Assembly (NCBI GenBank): GCA_028719225.1
Contig: JAQUKI010000001.1
Location: forward strand, 1-43,419
Origin: Fidelibacterota bacterium
GTDB taxonomy: Bacteria; Fidelibacterota; UBA2242
Length of the DNA: 43,419 nucleotides
Reading direction: 5' to 3'
Below are positions 8,858 to 17,266 of this stretch, piece by piece. The position numbers and the translations under genes were made by a program. A model generated the notes under the pieces. It saw nothing but the letters and a program-made list of their open reading frames with translations. It had not been told where the DNA came from and did not search any database. Each line of letters starts with the position of its first letter. Position 1 is the first letter of the stretch.

Positions 8858-10246
8858 ATGAACGGAAAAGAACTGGTACTGAATGCAATCCAAAACGAAG
8901 CAACACCGCGAGCGCCGTGGGTTCCATTTGTTGGTTGTCATGGCGGAAAACTCATCGGCAAACCGGCTGACCGTTATCTACAATCCGGACAGTTGCTTGC
9001 CTCTGGTTTAAAAAAAGCGTTCAATTTGTATCAACCGGATGGTTTACCGATCATTTTCGATCTTCAGATCGAGGCCGAAGCGCTGGGTTGCGCTCTTCAT
9101 TGGGCAGAAGACACTCCACCGGCTGTTATTTCACATCCTTTGGATTCGCAGAACAGGAAAACTCTCGCTAATCTTAATCACTTCGATACAAATCTCGGCC
9201 GTTACCCGGAAATCGCCATGGCACTGAAAATGATTAAAAAGGATTTGGGAAACGACATCGCCATTTACGGCTTGATTTGCGGTCCGTTCACACTGGCTCT
9301 GCATTTGCGCGGCAATGAAATTTTTCTCGACATGTTCGATCATCCGGAAAAAGTGACTAATTTGCTTTCATTCTGCACGGAAATTGGACGAAAAGCGAGC
9401 GATTTCTACATTGAAAACGGAGCGGACATTGTCGCGGTTGTCGATCCGATGACCAGCCAAATCTCACCAACACATTTCCATCAGTTCGTTTCACCGGCGG
9501 TGAATTCCATTTTTAATCACATTCGTGAAAAGAAAAGCCTATCTTCTCTTTTCGTTTGCGGCAACGTTGACCGGAATCTCGAATGTATGTGCGAGACTTC
9601 GTGCGATAACGTTTCAGTTGACGAACAAATCTCGATCCCCAAACTCAAAACGCTGGCGGAAAAACACGGAAAATCCTTCGGCGGGAATCTCAAACTGACC
9701 GTCACACTGCTAATGGGCGATGAAAACGACTGTCGGTTAGATGCGATCCGGAACCTCGATGAGGGCGGCAGGAAGGGCTTCATTCTTTCACCCGGTTGCG
9801 ACCTGCCGTATTATGTCCCGGAGAAAAACCTGCAAGCCGTCGCCGAAATGGTTCATGATGAATATCAGCGTGAATTTCGCCGGAAAACCTTGTCTGTAAA
9901 AACGCAAAATTTCGACCATATTTCCCTGCCGGATTATCAAAACAGCGATACGGTCATTATCGATGTTGTCACTTTGGATTCGACATCTTGCGCACCGTGC
10001 CAGTACATGGTCGAAGCCGTATATAAAGCGCTTGACGGATTGAATGTCAATGCTATCATACACGAACATAAAATAAAGACAGAAAATGGCGTCGGTATGA
10101 TGATCAAACTCGGCGTTACCGGCATTCCGACGATTTGCATCGATGGCGAAGTCAAATTTTCGTCGATTATCCCCGATCAGCCGACATTGAAAGCAGCGAT
10201 TCAAAACGCCGCTGACCTGAAAAAACGAACGACTCCTCGCAAATGA
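8858..10246 (+). CDS. URO-D/MtaA-like domain fused to a C-terminal thioredoxin-like (CxxC) domain.
   Basis: The N-terminal ~340 aa is URO-D-like (DLQIEAEALGC, GPFTLA, FVCGN, LSPGCDL). The C-terminal ~95 aa (from ~9950) carries CAPC (9989-10000) and GIPTICIDGEVKF, like small thioredoxin/glutaredoxin-like redox-active disulfide proteins. Strong AAGGAG Shine-Dalgarno site. Confidence 0.75.
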   Translation: MNGKELVLNAIQNEATPRAPWVPFVGCHGGKLIGKPADRYLQSGQLLASGLKKAFNLYQPDGLPIIFDLQIEAEALGCALHWAEDTPPAVISHPLDSQNRKTLANLNHFDTNLGRYPEIAMALKMIKKDLGNDIAIYGLICGPFTLALHLRGNEIFLDMFDHPEKVTNLLSFCTEIGRKASDFYIENGADIVAVVDPMTSQISPTHFHQFVSPAVNSIFNHIREKKSLSSLFVCGNVDRNLECMCETSCDNVSVDEQISIPKLKTLAEKHGKSFGGNLKLTVTLLMGDENDCRLDAIRNLDEGGRKGFILSPGCDLPYYVPEKNLQAVAEMVHDEYQREFRRKTLSVKTQNFDHISLPDYQNSDTVIIDVVTLDSTSCAPCQYMVEAVYKALDGLNVNAIIHEHKIKTENGVGMMIKLGVTGIPTICIDGEVKFSSIIPDQPTLKAAIQNAADLKKRTTPRK

Positions 10247-11139
10247 TCCCGATCTGTCTCATCACCGGTTTTCTCGGGAGCGGCAAGACAACCCTACTGA
10301 AAAATTTTATTTGGGAAAATCGTAATCGGCGAATCGTTTATATCGTTAATGAATTCACGCCAGTAGATGTCGACGGTGAATCGATCCGAAGCAAAACCGA
10401 CGACGTCATTTCGATTCCCGGCGGTTCGATTTTCTGTAAATGTCTTGTCACGCGGTTCATTGACCTGCTGAAACAGATTCCGGAACGTTTCTCTATTGAC
10501 GGACAAGAGATCGAAGGCGTCGTTATCGAAGCAAGCGGAATTGCCGATCCGCGAGTTGTTCGGCAACTTCTTCGCGAGACACATCTCGATAAACAATTCT
10601 TCGTCAGCCAAATCATTGCCATTGCCGATCCATTTACATTGCCGAAATTACTTCTAACTCTTCCGAACATTCGCTTTCAGATCGAAGCCGCAGATACAAT
10701 CCTGATCAACAAGACCGATTTGGCATCGCCCGACGCTGTGAGGCAAACCGAAGCGCTCATTCATGAAATCAATCCCGACACGCCATGTATCCGAACAACA
10801 TTTTGCCACTGTGAAATCGACCTCTTGAACACGGAACCATCAGGTCGCGAAACAGCGGGCACGCTGGAGAATTGTAGCAATCCAAACTTTTCCAGAATCT
10901 ATATTCCGAACCCGGAAATATCTGTTGAAAAACTGAAGTCGGCCGTTTTACCGATTTCGGATGCGATTTACCGGCTCAAAGGATTTTTACAGACGGATGA
11001 CTGTATGGTTTCTGTCGATTTCTCCGGCTCGGGCTGGCAGATTGAAAAAGCGCCGAAGCATATTCAAAATCCCGGACTTGCAATCATCTACCGCCCGGAA
11101 GATCAAATAAAAATTCAGACAATATTCACCAAACAGTAA
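10243..11139 (+). CDS. COG0523 (CobW/ZigA/YjiA-like) G3E-family GTPase metallochaperone.
   Basis: Walker A GFLGSGKTT, G4 motif NKTD, and a CKC in place of the canonical CxCC. The ATGA start/stop overlap with the upstream gene suggests translational coupling. Confidence 0.85.
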   Translation: MIPICLITGFLGSGKTTLLKNFIWENRNRRIVYIVNEFTPVDVDGESIRSKTDDVISIPGGSIFCKCLVTRFIDLLKQIPERFSIDGQEIEGVVIEASGIADPRVVRQLLRETHLDKQFFVSQIIAIADPFTLPKLLLTLPNIRFQIEAADTILINKTDLASPDAVRQTEALIHEINPDTPCIRTTFCHCEIDLLNTEPSGRETAGTLENCSNPNFSRIYIPNPEISVEKLKSAVLPISDAIYRLKGFLQTDDCMVSVDFSGSGWQIEKAPKHIQNPGLAIIYRPEDQIKIQTIFTKQ

Positions 11140-11154
11140 GTTTGACCGGCTTTT

Positions 11155-12177
11155 TTATCGCAATAAAACACTAAGATTTCTTGTTAAGACGGGGACACTT
11201 TCCTGTGCTTGCGTCGGTCCGAAATTGCTCAACTTTCGCGCAAGTGTTTTCAGTAATGCTTCATCGACTTTCCCGGACAATATTCTCTCGGTTTCTTCTT
11301 CGGTGACATCTTCCAACCGCCCGGCTAATTTCATCACAGCCGCGTTGTGCGGGCATTCTCGCTGACATTTCATACATCCCATCAGCGCGTTGTGGGCGTC
11401 CGGATTCATCCAGTCGGGAAATTCTCCGGAAATTTCATTATAAAGCGTCACACATCGTCCGGCATTGATCACAAAATTCTCGTCTGTAATGCATTGATTG
11501 GGACAACGGCTCCGGCAAATGCGGCAGGTTTTACAGGATTCCATCATCGCGACTTCGCGCCAGTTGTCTTCCTGAAACTCAAAATCCGTATAAAAACCAT
11601 AGAGCGCCAAAAAACTGCCGAACTCATCATCATAAGTGATATTGTTTCGTCCGTAAGTCGTCAATCCGCTCCGAACAGAAAGCCGTTTGTAAAACGTATT
11701 TCTGGCAATTTCCATCCGAAAACCGGGCTTTAGGATGATCTCGCGCTGGACCGTTTCTTTAATCTCATCCATCGTGTAGTCGCCTCCCGAATATTGCGGT
11801 GAAACCATGATTTCGTGCTTCTTTCCGCGATAATGAAAATTGACCAGCATGAGCGGCGTGAAAATCGCGACGAGGATAATAAACTTAGCGTCGGAGAAAT
11901 CCGCCGGAACGACAAATTTACGGTTGGCGACATAACTCTGAAACGTCGGATTGTCGCTCAATTTTCCCGTTTTCTTCAGTTGATCGATGTCATCCTGAAG
12001 TTCGGGAAGATGCTTCACCGACATCGTTCTGTATTTATATCGAAATTTCGCCGCATTCGGATTTGCCTGATCTGAAGATTTTCCAGCCAGCAATTTGCCC
12101 GGCCGGACGGCAAACGCACAACCACCAATTGTCAGCAACCTTAGAAAATCCCGGCGCGAGAGTGTCGATGAGTCCAT
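11155..12177 (-). CDS. Tat-signal Fe-S protein related to epoxyqueuosine reductase (QueG) / reductive dehalogenase.
   Basis: Start trimmed to ATG 12177 (AAGGAG Shine-Dalgarno site). Twin-arginine motif SRRDFLRLL. Cluster motifs CKTCRICRSRCP (C-x2-C-x2-C-x3-CP) and C...CMKCQRECP. The family call comes from motif layout only. Confidence 0.6.
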   Translation of the reverse strand: MDSSTLSRRDFLRLLTIGGCAFAVRPGKLLAGKSSDQANPNAAKFRYKYRTMSVKHLPELQDDIDQLKKTGKLSDNPTFQSYVANRKFVVPADFSDAKFIILVAIFTPLMLVNFHYRGKKHEIMVSPQYSGGDYTMDEIKETVQREIILKPGFRMEIARNTFYKRLSVRSGLTTYGRNNITYDDEFGSFLALYGFYTDFEFQEDNWREVAMMESCKTCRICRSRCPNQCITDENFVINAGRCVTLYNEISGEFPDWMNPDAHNALMGCMKCQRECPHNAAVMKLAGRLEDVTEEETERILSGKVDEALLKTLARKLSNFGPTQAQESVPVLTRNLSVLLR

Positions 12178-12202
12178 AATATTCTCCTTTTTCACTAATA
12201 TA

Positions 12203-12231
12203 AAAATAGCGACGACGGGCGCTCCTTCCAA
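12203..12231 (-). promoter_or_regulatory. Candidate sigma70-type promoter for the Fe-S protein gene.
   Basis: The reverse strand reads TTGGAA, a 17-nt spacer, then TATTTT. It lies inside the rejected N-terminal extension of the ORF, which supports the 12177 start. Confidence 0.35.
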
Positions 12232-12310
12232 TATTAAATTCCGAAATCGGACGATATGAAAGATAAGCGGGAAATGAGAGAGATAAATGACCGAATCGAT
12301 TTTGTCTTCC

Positions 12311-12339
12311 TTGTCAAAGCGCCTTTTGGAAACTAAATT
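12311..12339 (+). promoter_or_regulatory. Candidate sigma70-type promoter for the ABC-2 operon.
   Basis: TTGTCA, a 17-nt spacer, then TAAATT, 29 nt upstream of the TTG start at 12368. Confidence 0.4.
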
Positions 12340-12367
12340 CTCCTAAGTTTGAAAGTTAAGAATTGAG

Positions 12368-13276
12368 TTGATTCTAAGAACTAAAAATCTGAGTAAAAAA
12401 TTTGGAAACCGGTGGGCGGTTGACGGCCTGAACCTCGAAGTCGAAAAAGGGCAGATTTTCGGTTTTCTGGGACCGAATGGCGCCGGTAAAAGCACGACCA
12501 TCCGGATCTTGCTTTCACTGATCAAACCGACGATAGGTGAGTTTTCATTCTTCGGACAAGATTTCCGAAAAACCGGCCGAAATGTTTACGCCAAAATCGG
12601 GGCGCTGGTTGAAAAACCGGATTTTTACCAATTTCTCACCGCAAGACGAAATCTTCAGATGCTCGCCGGACTCAGTGGCGGTGTTCGCGATAAACGCATC
12701 GACGAGGTTCTCGAAATCGTCAAACTCGCCGATCGAGCCGATGATCGGGTAAAATCCTATTCGCATGGAATGAAACAGCGGCTCGGCATCGCGCAATCGA
12801 TTCTCAATCATCCGGAAATCATCATCCTCGACGAGCCGACAAACGGACTCGATCCCGAAGGCATCAAGGAAATCCGCAAACTGATTCTGCGTCTCGCCGG
12901 AGATTTCGGCATCACGGTTTTCCTCTCGTCGCATCTCCTGCACGAGATCGAACAAACATGTTCGCATGTGGCAATCATCGATAACGGCAAACTCGTGGTG
13001 CAGGGCGAAGTGCACGACCTGCTTCGGAAAAACGATTTTTACGTCACCGAAGTTCAGGTTGACGATCCACAACGCGCCGTGGCTTTACTTGAAAAAGAAA
13101 CCTGGATACAAAAAATAACGTCTGGCGACGGCGTTTTGAAAATACAGATCCCGGCGGAATCCCGGCCACATCTGACTCAATTTTTAGTTGAAAACGGATT
13201 CGCCGTCTCGTCGGTCATTCCGCGGACGTCGCTGGAAGATTACTATTTAACCTTGTTAAACCGGGACGTGAAATGA
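12368..13276 (+). CDS. ABC transporter ATP-binding protein (ABC-2 exporter type).
   Basis: Walker A GPNGAGKST, signature YSHGMKQR, Walker B IIILDEPTNGLD, H-loop SSH. TTG start. Confidence 0.9.
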   Translation: MILRTKNLSKKFGNRWAVDGLNLEVEKGQIFGFLGPNGAGKSTTIRILLSLIKPTIGEFSFFGQDFRKTGRNVYAKIGALVEKPDFYQFLTARRNLQMLAGLSGGVRDKRIDEVLEIVKLADRADDRVKSYSHGMKQRLGIAQSILNHPEIIILDEPTNGLDPEGIKEIRKLILRLAGDFGITVFLSSHLLHEIEQTCSHVAIIDNGKLVVQGEVHDLLRKNDFYVTEVQVDDPQRAVALLEKETWIQKITSGDGVLKIQIPAESRPHLTQFLVENGFAVSSVIPRTSLEDYYLTLLNRDVK

Positions 13277-14118
13277 CGCTGTTACTGAAAGCGACATGGT
13301 ACGAAATCATCAAGATTGCCAGCAAATGGCGAACGTATATCGGTTTCATCACGATCGCGATTTTAGTGCCGGTTATCATGTTTTTGGTACGGAAATACGG
13401 ATTCGGCGTTCAGGATAACGCACTGAATTCAATGAAAGATTCTTTCATGTTCGTCGGTTCGCTTGTGAACGGACTGATCGTCTCCTATTTTCTAATGAAC
13501 GTACTCTGGGTACATTTCCCGTTTTTCATCGTTTTAGTAGCCGGCGATGTCGTTTCGAGCGAAGGCGCGGCAGGAACATTTCGCATCTGGCTGACACGTC
13601 CAATCTCGCGGTTTCAGGTGATCACCGCCAAGTTTATCGCGACGTTCGTTTATACCGCCGCGATCGTGTTGTTCCTTGGACTTTTGAGCGTCGGGCTCGG
13701 CATGTTGATTGTCGGCGGCGGCGATCTTTTCGTTTTTGATAAGGGAATTTTGATCCTGAGCCAAGGCGAAGCATTGTATCGTTTTCTCATCGCCTATCTG
13801 TTGGCCGTCTGGGTGCAAATGACTGTCGCGTCACTCTGCTTTTTATTTTCATCGTTAACCAGCAACTCCGTCGGACCGATCATCGGAACATACGCAACAC
13901 TGGTCGTTATGTTTATTTTGTCAGTGCTGAAAATCGATGCCTTAAAAGTAATTCATCCGTACCTCTTCACCTCTTATTTCGACGTTTTTTTCGCGCCTTT
14001 CAGCGATCCGATCCCATGGCGGGAGATCGCAGGCGACGTCGGCAAATTAGGAATTTTCATCCTCGTTTTCTATCTCGCAAGCGCGATCAGTTTCATCCGG
14101 AAGGAGATTACGACATGA
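13273..14118 (+). CDS. ABC-2 family permease.
   Basis: About six hydrophobic spans. ATGA overlap with the ATPase gene. Confidence 0.75.
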   Translation: MTLLLKATWYEIIKIASKWRTYIGFITIAILVPVIMFLVRKYGFGVQDNALNSMKDSFMFVGSLVNGLIVSYFLMNVLWVHFPFFIVLVAGDVVSSEGAAGTFRIWLTRPISRFQVITAKFIATFVYTAAIVLFLGLLSVGLGMLIVGGGDLFVFDKGILILSQGEALYRFLIAYLLAVWVQMTVASLCFLFSSLTSNSVGPIIGTYATLVVMFILSVLKIDALKVIHPYLFTSYFDVFFAPFSDPIPWREIAGDVGKLGIFILVFYLASAISFIRKEITT

Positions 14119-14846
14119 CGGCAGGTTCAATAAATTCTTTCAAGAAAGGTTTGATGGTCGTGATTTTAACCGGAATGGCGCTTGTGTCCGTCGGAGGAGC
14201 GCAGGAAAATCCGCAGGAAATACTTGCCAGGGTCAACGCGCTTTATTCCACTATCGACGATTATGCCGCCACCGTTACTCTATCCGTCAATATCACGAAT
14301 TTCAGGATGCCGAAAAAAGTTGTGAAAGTATTTTACAAGAAACCGGACAAATTTTCGATGAAGACGGACGGTTTCGCGATGATGCCGAAAGTCGGCGTTT
14401 TCCCGGTGCCGTCGAACTTTATCCCGGCGGATGCACAGGTGCGTTACAACCGTTCCGAAGCACTGAAAGGAATTCGCTATCACGTTCTCGATGTGAAGCC
14501 GAAGGAATCGGATAAAAAGGATCCGGAAATCTCTCTATGGATCAATTCCAAACGCTGGACAATCGATCGCGTCATTCTGGGCATGAAAGATGCCGGAAGT
14601 TCGGAGGTCAACCTGCATTATCGCCAAATCGAAGGAAAGTGGTTGCCGGATTCGACGGTCGTAACACTGAATTATGAAAAAGGGATTCCGAAACTCGACC
14701 GCCCGAGCATCGAAAGACCGATCGACGATCCGGACGTTCCACGCCTCAATGTCGAATCTTTATCCGGAACAGTCAGACTCATTTTTTCTGACGTTGTCAT
14801 CAACTCCGGACTCGACGATTCCTTTTTTGAGACGGAAGAAAAGTAA
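14115..14846 (+). CDS. Secreted LolA-like / outer-membrane lipoprotein-sorting-like protein.
   Basis: Start moved to ATG 14115 (AAGGAG Shine-Dalgarno site, ATGA overlap with the permease stop). The Arg-rich 33-aa extension was rejected. Signal peptide ...VSVGGA|Q. Sequence style (ARVNALYSTIDDY..., KVFYKKPDKF, RYHVLDVKPK, EGKWLP) recalls LolA/RseB-fold proteins; this is a weak call. Confidence 0.5.
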   Translation: MTAGSINSFKKGLMVVILTGMALVSVGGAQENPQEILARVNALYSTIDDYAATVTLSVNITNFRMPKKVVKVFYKKPDKFSMKTDGFAMMPKVGVFPVPSNFIPADAQVRYNRSEALKGIRYHVLDVKPKESDKKDPEISLWINSKRWTIDRVILGMKDAGSSEVNLHYRQIEGKWLPDSTVVTLNYEKGIPKLDRPSIERPIDDPDVPRLNVESLSGTVRLIFSDVVINSGLDDSFFETEEK

Positions 14847-14880
14847 TTTTTCAAATTTCCCGCCGCAATCTTTCAATGCG

Positions 14881-14909
14881 TTGCATTTAAATTTCTAAAG
14901 TGTTAATAT
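14881..14909 (+). promoter_or_regulatory. Candidate sigma70-type promoter for the PadR unit.
   Basis: TTGCAT, a 17-nt spacer, then TAATAT, in the 137-nt gap upstream of 14984. Confidence 0.45.
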
Positions 14910-14983
14910 TCGGACAGAATGATTGAAAATTCATTGAGTAACGTCGCATCGAATCAACAACCGGAACAAAGGATCGAACCGAT

Positions 14984-15499
14984 ATGACGCAGGTGGAATT
15001 AACACTTCTGGGAATCGTGGCAGAAGGTGAAAATCATGCTTACAACATTGAAAAGATCGTCGAGCAACGTGGATTACGGGAACGGCTGAGCATCGGGTTT
15101 TCAACTATTTACGCCGCGCTCAAGAAACTACAAAAAGAATATTTGGTAGAGAGCCGGTATGATGCTCAGCAAAATCTTCCCGGCAAACGCATATTTTCCC
15201 TCACACCTCTTGGCAAACGGACTTTTACTCAGGAAATGATGAAGGCGCTTTCGGTTCCACAACGTACAGAGTCCGCTTTTGAGGCCGCGCTTTGTTTTGC
15301 CCACCTTCTCAGCCGCGCGGAATTGAAGGAATCACTCTTGCTATATGACGCCGAATTGAGCCGACAGATTCAGATCAAGGTTCGCGAACTTACCGACTGC
15401 AACCTGAACGAAACCGTCAAACGCGGATTATTGACCCGCCCGCTGACGCTGATTCAGGCAGAACGCAAATGGATTCGCGAATTCATGGGTTTGTTATAA
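14984..15499 (+). CDS. PadR-family transcriptional regulator.
   Basis: wHTH region LLGIVAEGENHAYNIEKIV...STIYAALKKLQKEYLVES with a helical C-terminal extension. Confidence 0.8.
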   Translation: MTQVELTLLGIVAEGENHAYNIEKIVEQRGLRERLSIGFSTIYAALKKLQKEYLVESRYDAQQNLPGKRIFSLTPLGKRTFTQEMMKALSVPQRTESAFEAALCFAHLLSRAELKESLLLYDAELSRQIQIKVRELTDCNLNETVKRGLLTRPLTLIQAERKWIREFMGLL

Positions 15500-15521
15500 A
15501 CGAACATCAACGGAGTTTTCT

Positions 15522-15806
15522 ATGAACGAATGGATTCAATACCTGTCATCCAACCCGCTTGCCGCGGCGGCGCTGATCGCCGTTCTGATGCTTTTCATCG
15601 TAATGGTTCTGTCCAAACTGATCAAATGGGCGGTCATTTCGTTTTTAATTCTGGCGCTGGCGCTGGGATTGACATATAAAAATGCCCAGAAACCAAAGAT
15701 GGTGAAGCAGATCGAAAAACAAGCCGAGAAAATCATCAAAAAGAGCCAGAAAAAATCGGAAAAAAGCCTCGATGCATTGAAGGAAAAACTGCCCAAAAGC
15801 AAATGA
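15522..15806 (+). CDS. Small membrane protein with two predicted TM helices and a Lys-rich tail.
   Basis: GGAG Shine-Dalgarno site. Two hydrophobic helices, then KKSQKKSEKSLDALKEKLPKSK. Sits directly after padR, as PadR-associated membrane proteins often do. Confidence 0.5.
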   Translation: MNEWIQYLSSNPLAAAALIAVLMLFIVMVLSKLIKWAVISFLILALALGLTYKNAQKPKMVKQIEKQAEKIIKKSQKKSEKSLDALKEKLPKSK

Positions 15807-15859
15807 CGATCGGCTCGATCGTCTTCGTATTTTGATAACAAATTTTATATGGAGAATTT

Positions 15860-17242
15860 ATGTCGAATTATGTCCCCGAACCATTTCGTATTAAAGTCAT
15901 TGAAAAAATATCCAAAACAACACCGGAAGAACGTGAAGAACTGCTGAAAAAGGCTGGCTACAATTTATTTGCCATTCCATCTGAAAAAGTTTATATCGAC
16001 CTGCTGACCGACAGCGGCACCGGCGCAATGAGCGACAATCAATGGGCGGGAATCCAGACCGGTGACGAAGCGTATGCTTACTGCCGGAATTGGTTTCACT
16101 TCGAAGAAACTATTCGCAACCTGACAGGATTGAAATTTGTCATTCCCACCCATCAAGGCCGGGTCGCTGAAAATCTTCTCTTTTCCGCAGTCGTTTCCAA
16201 AGGGAAAGTCGTTTTAAGCAACAGCCATTTCGACACGACGCGCGCCAATGTTCTGGCGAATCAGGGTATCCCGCTGGATCTGGTAATCGACGAGGGAAAA
16301 ATTCCCGACTTCATTCATCCGTTCAAGGGCAACATCGATCTGCAAAAATTAGAAAAAACCATCCGGCATTACGGTAAAGAAAATATCCCGTTGGTCATTC
16401 TGACGATTACCAATAATTCCGGCGGCGGCCAGCCTGTTTCCATGCAAAATATCCGCGAGACAAAAGCGCTACTCAAATCATATGACATTCCGCTTTTTCT
16501 CGATGCGTGCCGTTTTGCCGAAAACGCTTATTTCATTAAAATACGTGAAGCGGGCTATCAGCAGAAAACCATCGATGAGATCGTTCACGAAATGTTTTCA
16601 TACGCTGACGGCGTTACGATGAGCGCCAAAAAGGACGGACTGGTAAATATCGGCGGCTTTCTCGCATTGAACGACGAGGCGCTTGCCGACCGTATCAAAG
16701 AGCATTTGATCCTCATCGAAGGTTTCCTGACCTATGGCGGTTTGGCGGGACGCGATCTCGAAGCCATCGCCCGCGGATTGAAAGAAGTGCTGGACGAGGA
16801 TTATCTTGAGTATCGCGTCGGACAGGTAAAATTTCTCGGCGACATGCTGGAAGCGAGCGGCGTTCCGTTCATCAAACCGACCGGAGGTCATGCAGTTTAT
16901 ATCGATGCACGCCAATTCCTGCCGCACATTCCACAGAGCCAATTTCCGGGACAATCGCTCGTCGCCAATTTGTATCGCCGTGCGGGAATTCGCGCCACAG
17001 AAATCGGCAGTTACATGTTTGCGCACGAAGATTCCAGCACCGGTGAAATGGTTTATCCCGATCTCGATCTCGTTCGGCTGGCAATTCCGCGCCGCGTTTA
17101 CACGGAATCGCATCTTCGGTATGTCGCCGAATCGATCATCAAATTGTACCACGACAGAGACAGTCTGAAAGGAATGAAGATCGTCGCCAAAGGCGAGTCA
17201 AGCCTCCGGCATTTCGTTGCGCGTTTAGTCTTTATCGAATGA
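15860..17242 (+). CDS. tnaA: Tryptophanase (beta-eliminating lyase family; tryptophan indole-lyase).
   Basis: Aligns along its full length with my recollection of E. coli TnaA and C. freundii TPL (EPFRIKVIE, DLLTDSGTGAMS, IPTHQGR, PLP-Lys motif SAKKDG). The specificity positions are tryptophanase-like: HFDTT (Asp, 16232-16234) and LRHF (His, 17210-17212). Confidence 0.85.
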   Translation: MSNYVPEPFRIKVIEKISKTTPEEREELLKKAGYNLFAIPSEKVYIDLLTDSGTGAMSDNQWAGIQTGDEAYAYCRNWFHFEETIRNLTGLKFVIPTHQGRVAENLLFSAVVSKGKVVLSNSHFDTTRANVLANQGIPLDLVIDEGKIPDFIHPFKGNIDLQKLEKTIRHYGKENIPLVILTITNNSGGGQPVSMQNIRETKALLKSYDIPLFLDACRFAENAYFIKIREAGYQQKTIDEIVHEMFSYADGVTMSAKKDGLVNIGGFLALNDEALADRIKEHLILIEGFLTYGGLAGRDLEAIARGLKEVLDEDYLEYRVGQVKFLGDMLEASGVPFIKPTGGHAVYIDARQFLPHIPQSQFPGQSLVANLYRRAGIRATEIGSYMFAHEDSSTGEMVYPDLDLVRLAIPRRVYTESHLRYVAESIIKLYHDRDSLKGMKIVAKGESSLRHFVARLVFIE

Positions 17243-17266
17243 AATTTGTTTTGAGAAGGAAAATGT

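Noticed and set aside
12178-12231. N-terminal extension (MEGAPVVAIFILVKKENI) of the Tat Fe-S protein ORF.
   Set aside because: The internal ATG 12177 has an AAGGAG Shine-Dalgarno site and places the twin-arginine motif at the normal distance from the N-terminus. The extension coincides with a promoter-like TTGGAA-17-TATTTT.
14016-14114. N-terminal extension (MAGDRRRRRQIRNFHPRFLSRKRD...) of the LolA-like ORF.
   Set aside because: It overlaps the permease gene by ~100 nt and is Arg-rich. The internal ATG 14115 has an AAGGAG Shine-Dalgarno site and an ATGA coupling overlap, and it starts a normal signal peptide.
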